The notes: generated from the letters alone by a model not told the origin. 64,000 bases of DNA from an uncultured Acidobacteriota bacterium (GCA_963713825.1 CAVQNG010000003.1:576001-640000), one strand, 5' to 3'. Positions 8,958 through 19,184 are shown, counted from the stretch's first letter. Numbers and translations: made by a program.

Positions 8958-9622
8958 CAATTCGCCATCCCGAGAGCCTGTCACCCAAGAGCACGGCTCT
9001 TCTTTCTGAACTGGCAAGTCTCGAGTGGGCCACGGAGACTTATCTGGCAGGCTCGGCAGCCCTCGCTCTCTACTTGGGACATCGTCCCGTTCGCGACCTC
9101 GATCTCATGAGCCCTGTGCTGCGGCTGCGCGCCGTCGACCGGCGCGACATCCTGCAGGACCTGCTGAGTGTGGATCAAGCCTGCCGAGTGGAAACGGCTC
9201 GCGATGGGTTCCTCTACGCCCGGATGAGCGGAGAAGTCGCCCTCAGGCTCTTCTACTACCCCTACCCACAAGTCGACGCCGTAACCGAGCACCAGGGACT
9301 CACGGTGGCTTCACCCATCGATCTCGGACTCATGAAGCTGGGGGCCATCATCAGTCGCGGCACTTGTCGGGATTTCGTCGACCTTTATCTACTCTGCCAG
9401 AACCTTCCCTTGGCAGAGCTGCTGGAGGCGTCGGTCCACAAATTCGGACATGTGAGGGATTTCCCCATCCAGGCCCTCAAAGGACTCAGTGACCTCTCGC
9501 AGACGACAGGTGAGCCCATGCCTATCCTGTCCAGGCCTGTTGATTGGGAGGATGTGGTTGCCTGGACGAGAGAGCAAGTCGAGACCCTGGGCCGCGAACG
9601 CATAGGATTGGAACTGCCATGA
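8945..9622 (+). CDS. AbiEii/AbiGii-family nucleotidyltransferase
   Basis: YLAGSAALALYLGHRPVRDLDL, DLGLMKLGAIISRG..RDFVDLY; overlaps both neighbours. Confidence 0.85.
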   Translation: MAPLTIRHPESLSPKSTALLSELASLEWATETYLAGSAALALYLGHRPVRDLDLMSPVLRLRAVDRRDILQDLLSVDQACRVETARDGFLYARMSGEVALRLFYYPYPQVDAVTEHQGLTVASPIDLGLMKLGAIISRGTCRDFVDLYLLCQNLPLAELLEASVHKFGHVRDFPIQALKGLSDLSQTTGEPMPILSRPVDWEDVVAWTREQVETLGRERIGLELP

Positions 9623-10890
9623 GCGAACTGTTGATCACCAACCTGTCCGAAATCGCCACACCGATTGGTAACGAGGCTCTGACCGGAGTCGATCAAGGCA
9701 AGGTTCGTCGCTTGTCAGGGGTCGAAGTCTTGTGCCGAGACGAAGAGATCGCAGGCGTCGGGACGAGGGACGAGATCGAGCGCCAAATGGGCTCCCTGGA
9801 GGCGGTCGAGCGACTCGATGCCGATGGCGGCACCCTGGTGCCGGGGTTCGTGGACCCGCACACCCACCTGCCCTGGGCGGGCAGTCGCGAGGCAGAGTTC
9901 GCTCAGCGCCTGGCGGGTAAGACCTACATGGAGATCGCCGCCGAGGGCGGGGGAATACTGTCCACCGTGCGCGCCACGCGTGAGGCTTCGGAACCGGACC
10001 TCGCCGAGAGAGTCCTGGATCGCCTCGACCTGATGCTCACCCATGGCACGACTACCGCCGAGGCCAAGAGTGGCTACGGTCTGACCCTCGACGACGAGTT
10101 GAAGCAACTGCGGGCAATCCGCCACGCCTCCGAGGAGCATCCGGTCGACCTGATACCGACGCTTCTCGCGGCTCATGAGACTCCGCCCGAGTATCGCCAA
10201 CAGAGGGACCGCTATCTCGACATCGTCTGCCAGGAGATCATCCCCGCCACCTCCGAGGCTGGGCTCGCCCAGTTCTGCGATGTCTTCTGTGAGGAGGGCG
10301 TCTTCACGGCCGAGGAATCCCACCGCGTGCTGACAGCCGGTGCAGAGAATGGCCTGGCCCCGAGACTTCACGCCGACGAGTTTGTCGACTCAGGCGGCGC
10401 CGAGTTGGCGGCCGAGCTCAAGGCCCTGTCGGCCGATCACCTCACCGCAGTCTCTCCGGCCGGCGTCGAGGCGATGGCAGCCACCGGCGTTACGGCGGTT
10501 CTGCTGCCGGGAACCAGCTTCTTCCTCATGAAGCACAAATACGCACCGGCTCGTAGACTCCTCGAGGCGGGCGTGCCGATTGCCCTGGCCACCGACTGTA
10601 ATCCGGGATCCTCCTTCACCGAGTCGGTGCCGATGGTCTTCGTACTGGCGGTTTACGAGTTGGGGCTATCGATCGAAGAGGCCTTGACCGCGGCGACACT
10701 GAATGCCGCCTGCTGCCTGGACCTCGGTGAGCGCATCGGATCGATCGAAGTCGGCAAGCAGGCCGACCTGGTAGTTCTCGCCGCACCGAACCTGCTGCAC
10801 CTCGCCTACCACTACGGCATCAACCTGGTGAGCGCCGTCGTCAAGAGCGGCAAAGTCGTGCATCAGGCCAGCAACTACAAGCACCTATAA
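9619..10890 (+). CDS. hutI: Imidazolonepropionase
   Basis: PGFVDPHTH, GGGILSTVRATR, EAKSGYGL, DVFCEEG, HADE, SADHL, ATDCNPGSS; ATGA overlap at 9619. Confidence 0.95.
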   Translation: MSELLITNLSEIATPIGNEALTGVDQGKVRRLSGVEVLCRDEEIAGVGTRDEIERQMGSLEAVERLDADGGTLVPGFVDPHTHLPWAGSREAEFAQRLAGKTYMEIAAEGGGILSTVRATREASEPDLAERVLDRLDLMLTHGTTTAEAKSGYGLTLDDELKQLRAIRHASEEHPVDLIPTLLAAHETPPEYRQQRDRYLDIVCQEIIPATSEAGLAQFCDVFCEEGVFTAEESHRVLTAGAENGLAPRLHADEFVDSGGAELAAELKALSADHLTAVSPAGVEAMAATGVTAVLLPGTSFFLMKHKYAPARRLLEAGVPIALATDCNPGSSFTESVPMVFVLAVYELGLSIEEALTAATLNAACCLDLGERIGSIEVGKQADLVVLAAPNLLHLAYHYGINLVSAVVKSGKVVHQASNYKHL

Positions 10891-11042
10891 AGAGGGGGCA
10901 TAGGGGCGTAGGGGCTTAAGGGCTTAGGGGCGCGGGAGGGGGGGGGGCCACTGCCCTAAAGGTCAGCCGGAGCGAGCGACGGCTGCCTCAACCCCCAAGC
11001 CCTCGAGGATCGGCCGGAGGTACGACCGGCCGCCTCAACTCT
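10891..11042. repeat. Composite repeat: G-rich octamer array + two C-rich/hairpin units
   Basis: TAGGGGCG TAGGGGCT TAAGGGCT TAGGGGCG, then hairpins CAGCCG..CGGCTG and CGGCCGG..CCGGCCG separated by CCTCAACCCCCAAGCCCTCGAGGA. Confidence 0.85.
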
Positions 11043-12716
11043 CTAGGCCTGCGGATAGCTCGGGCGAATGTCCACCGGCACGTCGTCCAGGCGTCCGATC
11101 GCTTCCAGTAGCGGCGCCGATGCCTGGCCGTAGGTCTCGAGGAACTTCGCGGTTCCCTCGTAGTCGCCAGTCGCCTGCAACATCAGCATCTCGTTCAGCA
11201 GGACCTCGATCGCGGCGGGGAACTTCTCCGACACCGCGTGGAATCGCCCTTCGGCATCGACTTCCAGAGCACCCTTTTCCAGCAGATAATTGAACTGCGA
11301 GACCACGCCTTGCCCGTGCGCCTCGTGGACACCGAAGCGCGCTGCCCGGAACAACCCCGCCACATACGTCGCTTCCAGGGTCTCGCGCAGCTCCTTCGGC
11401 ATCACACCCTTGTCGACCAAGGCGAGGATGTTATAGACGCCCATGACGTCGGCCTTGGCCTCCTCCATCGTGGAGTAGAGCTCCTTGAGCTCCAGTCGAA
11501 CCTCGGTGTCGCGTCCGTCGAGTTGGATGAGACCCGGCCCCAAGCCGTGGCTCAACTCGTGATGCAGACTCTCGCTGAAGAACGCATCGAAGGAGACGCG
11601 GGACAGATCTTCCGGCGCCAGGACACGCTCGGCGATCGGCATCAGGATCTTGTCGAACTTGGCTCGCAGAATGTTGCGCAGCATCACCTTCTTCGATCCC
11701 TTCGCCTCGCGCACCCGCTCGTCGTTGGGAAGATTGAAGGCCAGGGTCTGGACTCCGGCCTTGGTGTCTCCACCAGCGAACAGCACATCGACGACTCGGA
11801 TCGGGCTTTCCGTGCCGCGGTCCAGGTTCTTGTGCTCCTCCGGAATGGGCAGGTTCATCTCCAACCACGGCAATTCCTGTTTGAAGCCATCAAGGGCCGC
11901 CGACTCCGCGGGCAAAGCCACGGTGACGAAGGCCTCGTAGGCAGCTTTGTAGCCGAAGAGGCTGTCCTCGTAGGTCTCATAGGGACCGATCGTCACCTCG
12001 ACGGGCGAGTCCAGATCCATCCAAGCCACGTCACTGTCGTAGTAATCGTCGGTCTCGAAAGCGTCAGCCCGTAGGGATAGAAAGCTCTGAAGTGAGGCGT
12101 TGTCGGTTGCCGCGGCCGCCTCCCGCAGGTTGGCGATCGCCGGCTCCAGCCACTGGTGGTACTCCTGAGCGTAGGGCACTGCGACCAGTCCGCCGTCCTG
12201 CCGGCGAATCACCGTGAACTCAGAGGTAAAGGCCTCTTCATCCTCTGGGTGCTCGGCGAGCCAGGTCTCGAACTCACTCTGCGTCATATCTTCTGGGTAG
12301 TAGCCGGCCCCTGGTGGGTGCGGCTTGGCCCCGATAAAAGGCGCCATCTCTTCCAGGCGGTCCCACGGACCGAAGTTGACGCTGAAGTAGGCGCGGCCTG
12401 CATCCATCTCGGCACCCTGGGCGTCCTCGAGCTCCGCTTGCAGCGCCGGGTTACCCTGCCAAACCTGACGCAGAAAGATTTCGTCCATCGAGCGGGCCGC
12501 CTGGACCAGGATCTCCAGGACTCGAAGCTCGTCCTCGGACAAGCTCGAAACGTCGGCGACCAACTCGGTCGGCTCGAAACGGGCCAGCCTTTCGGCGACG
12601 TTGGCAGCCACCTCCAGGCCCTCTCCGGCTGCAGGACCAGGCCCCTGCTCGGCCTTCGGGGCGCACCCAGCGAGAACCGCGACGATCAAGACTCCACTGA
12701 TTAGCCTCATGTTCAT
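11043..12716 (-). CDS. Peptidase M49 (dipeptidyl peptidase III-like) lipoprotein
   Basis: Lipobox LAGC; IGPYETYED, AFNLPNDE, HHELSHGLG, EEAKAD motifs. Confidence 0.9.
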   Translation of the reverse strand: MNMRLISGVLIVAVLAGCAPKAEQGPGPAAGEGLEVAANVAERLARFEPTELVADVSSLSEDELRVLEILVQAARSMDEIFLRQVWQGNPALQAELEDAQGAEMDAGRAYFSVNFGPWDRLEEMAPFIGAKPHPPGAGYYPEDMTQSEFETWLAEHPEDEEAFTSEFTVIRRQDGGLVAVPYAQEYHQWLEPAIANLREAAAATDNASLQSFLSLRADAFETDDYYDSDVAWMDLDSPVEVTIGPYETYEDSLFGYKAAYEAFVTVALPAESAALDGFKQELPWLEMNLPIPEEHKNLDRGTESPIRVVDVLFAGGDTKAGVQTLAFNLPNDERVREAKGSKKVMLRNILRAKFDKILMPIAERVLAPEDLSRVSFDAFFSESLHHELSHGLGPGLIQLDGRDTEVRLELKELYSTMEEAKADVMGVYNILALVDKGVMPKELRETLEATYVAGLFRAARFGVHEAHGQGVVSQFNYLLEKGALEVDAEGRFHAVSEKFPAAIEVLLNEMLMLQATGDYEGTAKFLETYGQASAPLLEAIGRLDDVPVDIRPSYPQA

Positions 12717-12940
12717 CCTCCTGTTCAGACCTGTTTCACCGCAGCAGAGAACCCGACTCGAAACATCTCGGGCTGTATATCTTCCTCACTCCAGAGGCTA
12801 TGCCTGTTGAGCTCTCCCGGCAAGGGTTTGGGCCTGTAAACCAGGTCATCACGCTCCTCGGACACGCTGAGCTACAATCCGCCCCGTATCTGGCCCCGGC
12901 CTCATTCGAGTCCGATCGTGGCCAGCCAAGGAGAACGGTC

Positions 12941-13432
12941 ATGAACAAACTCAGATGGTGCGGATTGATCACGGGTCTCCTGCTTCTGGTCTCTTCCTCT
13001 CCCTCGATGGCGGAGCTGGGCTACCAGACCTGGGGTCTCCGCGGTGGCGTCGGTGTCGATCCCGATCAGGGAATCATCGGAGTCCAGTGGAACCTGGGCA
13101 ACTTCACCCGCAGAATCCGGCTGCAGCCCAACTTCGAGCTCGGCTTTGGCGACAACGCCGTCATCGGCAACCTGGGGATTCCGATTCACTATCGGTTCGG
13201 GAACAGTCCAAACTACACCCCTTTCGTAGGGGGCGGAGTGTTGCTCGGCTACATCAACTATGACGAGAAAAAGTCCGGCAGCAGCAGCGACTGGTTCATC
13301 GAGCCCCTGGCCTTGGTGGGTATCGAGTGGCCCCTGAGTGGAGGCGGCCAGCTCTTCGTCGAGCTAGACCTGTCCTTCGGAGACGCCCATGACGCCAAGT
13401 TACTCCTCGGCTGGATGCGGCGAATTCGCTAG
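12941..13432 (+). CDS. Small outer-membrane beta-barrel protein
   Basis: ATG 12941 after AAGGAG; signal peptide; amphipathic strands with PFVGGG and terminal LLLGW. Confidence 0.7.
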   Translation: MNKLRWCGLITGLLLLVSSSPSMAELGYQTWGLRGGVGVDPDQGIIGVQWNLGNFTRRIRLQPNFELGFGDNAVIGNLGIPIHYRFGNSPNYTPFVGGGVLLGYINYDEKKSGSSSDWFIEPLALVGIEWPLSGGGQLFVELDLSFGDAHDAKLLLGWMRRIR

Positions 13433-13479
13433 GCGCTATCGCACAGTCTGTGGGTTCTAGAACCTCGTGTGGCACGAGC

Positions 13480-14115
13480 TCACTCGTCCACTACAGCTGA
13501 ACGGCTTGCCAGATCGAGAAGGCCCTCTCCTTCCATGATCTGCGATCGTCGCCGATCCGTCCGGAAGGTGAGAGTCAGCGCCAACGGATCGTCGCCACCC
13601 TTGGCTTTCGCCAACCAGGCTCGAAGCACCGACGCCGGCAGATCCTCGCGGCGATAGCCCCAGACTTCGACACTCAGGCGCTCGGTCGTGACCCGTTGCT
13701 CGTTCGGGTTCTGTGTTTCCCAGGCTAGTGCCGGACGGGTGGAGATACTCAGATGCGTCGGTGAGCCCAGCAAGATCAGCGCCCGGCCGCGAGCCGTCAA
13801 ACTGCCGCGGATACCCTCCTCTGCGTACAGCACATCCGCCGCCGCAACACGCTGCTCGTAGGCCTCATGGTAGGGATTGCCGGGCTCCTCTGGGCGAGGA
13901 TCTCGCCGCGACCAGAAAGCCTCGATGAAGGTGGCAGCCTCCTCCGGGTCCTGAATCTGACGGATCTCCCTTCGCTCGCTCGGCAGGAGGAGCCATCGGA
14001 CGGGACCCTCTGCCCAGGCGCTCGGATCCTCCGGCCCCGCAGCCCAGGCGCGAGCCGGTGGCCAGCCAACACCAAGAACCACAATCACGGTCAAGCCGAG
14101 AGCCAGGTTCCGCAT
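13480..14115 (-). CDS. GWxTD domain protein (variant motif GSLTA)
   Basis: WAEGPVRWLL, FIEAFWSRRDP, RVAAADVLY, TARGRALILLGSP; signal peptide. Confidence 0.8.
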   Translation of the reverse strand: MRNLALGLTVIVVLGVGWPPARAWAAGPEDPSAWAEGPVRWLLLPSERREIRQIQDPEEAATFIEAFWSRRDPRPEEPGNPYHEAYEQRVAAADVLYAEEGIRGSLTARGRALILLGSPTHLSISTRPALAWETQNPNEQRVTTERLSVEVWGYRREDLPASVLRAWLAKAKGGDDPLALTLTFRTDRRRSQIMEGEGLLDLASRSAVVDE

Positions 14116-14143
14116 GATCAGACCTGCCCCGAGGACGCCAAGG

Positions 14144-15511
14144 TTAGTCCTGATCGTCCTCGTGTGAAGGCAGCTTCCAGTGCACGGCCTCATCGAACTC
14201 CCAACGGTAACGCGGGAAATAGACTCCCACTCCGCGCTCCGCGGAAATCATCGAGAAGCTCAAGAAACGGCGGTGATAGTCATAGGGGTACCCATCTCGG
14301 GCATGGACAGCGACATCGAGCAGATACTCGCCGGGGGCCAGACGAAACGCTGGGCAAACGAGTCGCACAAGGGTCCGACCCTCGACTCCTTCCGAGGCGT
14401 ATCCGGAGAGGCCCGTGTTGGTGCCCCAGACCTCGACATCCCGAGGCGTGAAGACGCCGATCCCGAAGACGAAGTCCGTCAACTCCTGATGCGCTTCGAC
14501 TTCGATCTCGAAGCACACTTCCTCACCGCTCTCCAGGTTGTATTTCTCCTGACCGTTGGCGTCGAGTAACCGGACACCCAGGATCTCTGCCTCTCCCGAG
14601 CCCCATCGCCGCGGCTCCTCCGCGCCCTCGACACCAGCTTCCCCGTGTGATTGACTCCCCTGCTGACCATCGGCGTCGACGGCCTTGGTCGAATCTATAT
14701 CCGAAGCCTCTACGAGCTCTCTCTGGCGCGCCTCCTTGGCAGCCAGATGCGCCTCACCCTCTCGTTCGGCCACCGCCAATCGATAGGCATCCGCCACCCG
14801 CCGCGGTGAGCCGAGCAGTCGGTTGCGCCCCTTCTCGAGCCACAGCACCTCATCCGAAAACCGCTCGATGGTGTCCAGCGAGTGGCTGACCAGCAAGAGG
14901 GTGTTGCCCTTGGCGAGGAACTCCTCGATACGTCTTAGACAACGATGCTGAAAAGCCTCGTCTCCCACGGCCAGCACCTCGTCCACCAGCAGGATCTCGG
15001 GGTCCGTATGGATCGCCACCGAGAATCCGAGTCTGACGTACATGCCCGAAGAGTAGTTCTTGACCGGCTCCTCGATGAAATCCGCCAACCCAGAGAACTC
15101 CACGATGTCGTCGTATCGGCGATCGATCTCCTTGCGGCTCAAACCCAGAACCGCACCGTTGATGTAGACGTTCTCGCGACCCGAGATCTCGGGATGGAAG
15201 CCGGCTCCCAACTCGATCAGTGCGGCCACCCGGCCCGTCACGTCGACGCTCCCCTCGGTCGGCTGCAACATGCCCGCGAGGATCTTGAGCAGGGTCGACT
15301 TGCCGGACCCATTGCTGCCGATGACGCCGAACGCGGTTCCTTTCTTGACCGTGAAGGAGACGTCTTCCAGCGCCAGAATGGTGTCTTCCTCACGATGACC
15401 TCCAACCAGGCTGCGTTGGAGCAGCGCACTCTTGAGCGTCCTCAACCGGAAGCCAGGCGCCATCCGCAGATAGGACTTGTGCAGGTTCTCGACCTGGATG
15501 GCGACGCTCAT
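14144..15511 (-). CDS. wzt: Polysaccharide ABC exporter ATPase (Wzt-like) with C-terminal carbohydrate-binding domain
   Basis: GSNGSGKST, YSSGMYVRLGFS, LLVDE; C-terminal RWGSGEAEI...LAPGEY; ATG 15511 after GGAGG. Confidence 0.9.
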   Translation of the reverse strand: MSVAIQVENLHKSYLRMAPGFRLRTLKSALLQRSLVGGHREEDTILALEDVSFTVKKGTAFGVIGSNGSGKSTLLKILAGMLQPTEGSVDVTGRVAALIELGAGFHPEISGRENVYINGAVLGLSRKEIDRRYDDIVEFSGLADFIEEPVKNYSSGMYVRLGFSVAIHTDPEILLVDEVLAVGDEAFQHRCLRRIEEFLAKGNTLLLVSHSLDTIERFSDEVLWLEKGRNRLLGSPRRVADAYRLAVAEREGEAHLAAKEARQRELVEASDIDSTKAVDADGQQGSQSHGEAGVEGAEEPRRWGSGEAEILGVRLLDANGQEKYNLESGEEVCFEIEVEAHQELTDFVFGIGVFTPRDVEVWGTNTGLSGYASEGVEGRTLVRLVCPAFRLAPGEYLLDVAVHARDGYPYDYHRRFLSFSMISAERGVGVYFPRYRWEFDEAVHWKLPSHEDDQD

Positions 15512-16314
15512 ACCGCCTCCACCAGGCTGTCGCTGAGTCGGCCGAAGAGCCAGCAGCCCGCGACCCACAGAAGGGCACCCCAACCGACCATTTGAATCCA
15601 GATCTGCAATGACGGCACCACGCCCTGGAACAGAACAGCTTGGTAGGCCCGAGCGTACGGGGTGAAGGGATTGAGCCACTCGATCGCCCATATCAGAGGA
15701 GGGTAGGCCTTGAGAAAATCGAGAGGGTAGATGATCGGCGTCAAGTAGAAAAGAAGCGCCAGCAGATTGCCGACAATGTCCTTGACGTCCTTGAAGTGGA
15801 CATTGAGAGCCGACAGGCCCAGAGTCAAGCCGCCCAGAGCCGGTAGCTGTAGCGCCACGACGATTGGAAACAACACCACCGTCCATCCGCCGATGGGATC
15901 GCCGAGGATCCGACCGATGATCAATCCGGCTACCAGAATCGGTATCGCGAAGACGAAGTGAACCAGGTTTGAGAGCACCGAGACCATGGGCAAGACCTCG
16001 GCGGGAAAGACAGCCTTGCGGATCAGCCCGGAGTTGGCCGTCAACGACTGGGTGCCCTCCATCAAGGAGGTGGCAACCCAGGTCCATGGAAACAGACCGG
16101 TCATCAAGAAAAGTACGTACGGGTCCGTGCCTTCGAAGCGAGGCTTGAAGACCACGCTGAAGACGAAGGTGTAGACCCCAAGCAGCAACAGCGGAGTGAC
16201 GAGTGACCAGAAGAACCCGAGCACGGAGCCCCGGTAGCGCGCCTTGAGCTCCCTCGACACCAGGGTGGCCAGCAGGCCGCGGAATCGGAACAGTCTGTCC
16301 GCAACTTTGGTCAT
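15508..16314 (-). CDS. wzm: Polysaccharide ABC exporter permease (Wzm-like)
   Basis: RELKARYRGSVLGFFW, LIRKAVFP, FYLTPIIYP, LNPFT. Confidence 0.9.
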   Translation of the reverse strand: MTKVADRLFRFRGLLATLVSRELKARYRGSVLGFFWSLVTPLLLLGVYTFVFSVVFKPRFEGTDPYVLFLMTGLFPWTWVATSLMEGTQSLTANSGLIRKAVFPAEVLPMVSVLSNLVHFVFAIPILVAGLIIGRILGDPIGGWTVVLFPIVVALQLPALGGLTLGLSALNVHFKDVKDIVGNLLALLFYLTPIIYPLDFLKAYPPLIWAIEWLNPFTPYARAYQAVLFQGVVPSLQIWIQMVGWGALLWVAGCWLFGRLSDSLVEAV

Positions 16315-16511
16315 TCTGAGAATCGGACTTTCACTCGGTCGCCCTGACGAGCCGGCATCGCCAACCCTGCCAAAGGCCTGTCCCGCTTGGCGCCAACGCA
16401 AAGAGTACAGCAACGCGACGCAACCATGGTGAACTCAAGCGGAGGCGATGAGAAACACCCCTCCAGATTAGCGCGAAAGGCTGCTATTCAGGTGACGTGC
16501 CGAGGACTGGA

Positions 16512-17699
16512 TCAACCACCCGTCTCGGCGCGGGTCCGCCGCTGATCTTCTTCCAGCCGTCGCAGGCGATCGAGCAGCTCCTGACGACGATGCTCCACCT
16601 CCGCCTCGTAGTCGATCAGCTTGCCGTTGTTGACGACATAGACCCGAGGATATTTCTGGACGTCGCCCCTCTCGTCGAACTGGATGGTACCGGCGGCACC
16701 CGTGAAGTCACGCAGCGATCGCACGGCGCTCCAGAATTCGTTTGGTATCGCACCGGATCGGCGCAGCGCCTCGGCCAGAACCATCATGGCGTCGAAGCCG
16801 TGCACGGCGTAGAGATTGGGGTCACTGTTGTACTTGGCTCGGTAGCTCTCCACGAAAGCCTTCGTCTCGGGCTCTTCTGAGTCGAGATCGAAGGCCGCCT
16901 GGGTCAGAAAAACGCCCTCTGCTGGCCGCCCCACCTTGGCAATGATCTCTGGCGCAGCAAAGGCCGAGGTCGTGAAGATGGTCTCCTTGTAACCCTGGTC
17001 GCGCAGATAGCCGATCATCTGGGCCAGGTCGTCGGCATAGGCCGCCAGATAGACCGCGTCCGGCTGTAGGGTCATCACCCTCTCGATGACGCCGGACAGA
17101 TCCGAGGACAGGGATGGAAACTCGATGGTCTCGACCACCTCTCCTCCGTGGCGCTCGAACTCCTTCCGAAAGACCTCCTGAATCCCCATGGCGTACTCAC
17201 TTTGCTTGGCCAGGACCACGACCCTTTCGGCATTCATCTTCTGGGTCGCGAAGTTGCCCATCGTGGCACCCTCGCGGGCATCCGAAGGAAAAACCCGATA
17301 GAAATTCTTCGAGATTCCGGTGAGCTGGGGCGTCGAGGCCGACGGCGACATCAGCACTCGATCGTTCTCGTCAGCCACTGCCACCATCGACAGAGCTTCG
17401 GGCGTCGTGACGCCGCCGATCACGGCCAATGCATCCTGTTCATAGAGATCCGCCAGGAGCTGCTTGGCTTTCTCTGGATCGCTCTCGGAATCGACCACGA
17501 CCAGCTCGAGCTCGTAGGGAAAGTCACCCAGCGTCTGGAGCTGCTCGATGGCCAGCTCCACGCCCTTGCGGATCGGCTCTCCGTAGACCGCAGCCTCCCC
17601 AGTCAAAGGCAGCACGGCCCCGAATTTGACCGGCTTGTCCTTTTGGCAGGCGACAACTGTCGAGAGCAGAACGAGCAGGAGAATGCTTTTCTTCGTCAT
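16512..17699 (-). CDS. LivJ/LivK-type periplasmic substrate-binding lipoprotein
   Basis: Lipobox VVAC; GAVLPLTG, SPSASTPQL, GAAGTIQFDERGD. Confidence 0.88.
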   Translation of the reverse strand: MTKKSILLLVLLSTVVACQKDKPVKFGAVLPLTGEAAVYGEPIRKGVELAIEQLQTLGDFPYELELVVVDSESDPEKAKQLLADLYEQDALAVIGGVTTPEALSMVAVADENDRVLMSPSASTPQLTGISKNFYRVFPSDAREGATMGNFATQKMNAERVVVLAKQSEYAMGIQEVFRKEFERHGGEVVETIEFPSLSSDLSGVIERVMTLQPDAVYLAAYADDLAQMIGYLRDQGYKETIFTTSAFAAPEIIAKVGRPAEGVFLTQAAFDLDSEEPETKAFVESYRAKYNSDPNLYAVHGFDAMMVLAEALRRSGAIPNEFWSAVRSLRDFTGAAGTIQFDERGDVQKYPRVYVVNNGKLIDYEAEVEHRRQELLDRLRRLEEDQRRTRAETGG

Positions 17700-17863
17700 G
17701 GTCGATTCACCGGCTTTCCGTTGATTGAACCAAGAACCTTTCTAACCCACGACCTACACACTATCAAGCCATCGCAACCCTACCTCGAAAGATTGCCACA
17801 GATCGACCTCATACCGCTAGTCGAGGCACCACAAATGTAGAAGAGCTAGAATAGACACCCGCC

Positions 17864-18172
17864 ATGACAAAGACACGGTCTCTCACCATTCGCTGCCCCG
17901 ATTGCGACGCCCACCTGGTCATCGATGCTGCCACGGGTGAGATTCTCGCCCACCGCGCCGCCAAGCAACCCTTGGCCGGTGGCAAGGACTTCGAAACCCT
18001 CCTCGAGGACCTCGATCGAGACAAGGACGCGGCCGAGGAGGTCTTCGCTCAAGAGATGGCCGCGATGAAAGACCGGGACCGGCTCCTCGAGGAGAAGTTC
18101 AAGCAAGCCATGGAGCGGGCCAAAGAAGAGCCTGACGACGTACCTCCCCCGCGGCCCTTCGATCTCGACTGA
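17864..18172 (+). CDS. Small hypothetical protein with CxxC and coiled coil
   Basis: IRCPDCDAHLVID...PPRPFDLD; coding-like composition. Confidence 0.7.
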   Translation: MTKTRSLTIRCPDCDAHLVIDAATGEILAHRAAKQPLAGGKDFETLLEDLDRDKDAAEEVFAQEMAAMKDRDRLLEEKFKQAMERAKEEPDDVPPPRPFDLD

Positions 18173-18199
18173 TCCCCGCAGGTTTTCTGCCCAGGCCCC

Positions 18200-18592
18200 C
18201 TACTGAACTAGGAAGTCCTCGCTTCTGAGGATCGAGATGGCTCGTTGCAGGCTCGCCTCTTTGACGAGTAGGTAGTCCGTGTCGAAGGTGGAGATCGCGA
18301 ACACGCTGACTCCCGCCGTCGCCAGCGGTCTCGTCAGTGAAGCCAGGATTCCCACCTCCGTGAACGCCAGCGGACCCTCGACCATGAGGCAGCGCCAACC
18401 TGTTTCGGCCTCAATCTCGGCGGGAACATTGCCCGCCTCGCAGACGATGGATAGCTCCAGCAGGGTCCGGGTCACCGACGAGAACGTGCCGCGTTGCGCC
18501 CAGTCCGGTACGGCCTCGCAAGCGGACAGGCGACAGACGGCAAAGCTCGGCTCCAGCAGAACCAGGTCGACCGCAGTTCCAGCCATCACCAA
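18200..18592 (-). CDS. ACT-domain protein (CASTOR/ACT_7-like)
   Basis: SVTRT..ELSIVC, GILASL..PLA.AGVSVFAISTFDTDYLLV. Confidence 0.9.
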   Translation of the reverse strand: MVMAGTAVDLVLLEPSFAVCRLSACEAVPDWAQRGTFSSVTRTLLELSIVCEAGNVPAEIEAETGWRCLMVEGPLAFTEVGILASLTRPLATAGVSVFAISTFDTDYLLVKEASLQRAISILRSEDFLVQ

Positions 18593-18599
18593 GGGCCCT

Positions 18600-18971
18600 T
18601 CAAGCTTCGTCCGGCTCCGCCGGGGAATCTCCTTCGGCCAGCGGTCGCAGCAGCTCTTCGGCTTCCCGGGCGCGCCCTTTCTCGACCCGTATGGTGGCGG
18701 CCAAGCCGCGGCCCGACTGGCTGATTCCGGCCCCCCAGCGACCCACCGGTAGAACGCTCAGCGCCTCCTCGCCCTGCACGACACAGGGGATCTCGGCGGA
18801 GGCCAGGAGTGACTTGACCACCGGCAACAGCGAGACATCAGCGGTCTCGAAAACCGGTACCAGATCCGCATCAGGATCCTCGGGGGGCAAAACTGCAACC
18901 AATTGGACTTCGCAGTCCGGACAGGACTCGATCTCATCTCGATACTCGGCTCGGCAGTCGGGACAATACAT
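18600..18971 (-). CDS. Zinc-ribbon + DUF2007-like protein
   Basis: YCPDCRAEY...CPDC; VVKSLLASAEIP. Confidence 0.8.
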   Translation of the reverse strand: MYCPDCRAEYRDEIESCPDCEVQLVAVLPPEDPDADLVPVFETADVSLLPVVKSLLASAEIPCVVQGEEALSVLPVGRWGAGISQSGRGLAATIRVEKGRAREAEELLRPLAEGDSPAEPDEA

Positions 18972-19184
18972 TCGATTCCTCCATGGCCCACCTGTGACAA
19001 TTCTCGAAACCGGTGGTTCTCCGGGTGGGCGTTCCTACTCCCGAGACGATATCCCAGATGAGCTCTGCGATATCATTTCAGAGTCCTTGGCAACGCGATC
19101 CGATACCGCTCGAAGAAGTCCACGACGCCGTTCCAGCATCGGAGTCGGGCCCACTGTCAATGCTCGACTCTCGAGGAGCCACCC

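Noticed and set aside
14144-16087. 647-aa N-terminally extended Wzt
   Set aside because: The extension overlaps wzm out of frame; ATG 15511 has an RBS and an ATGA overlap.
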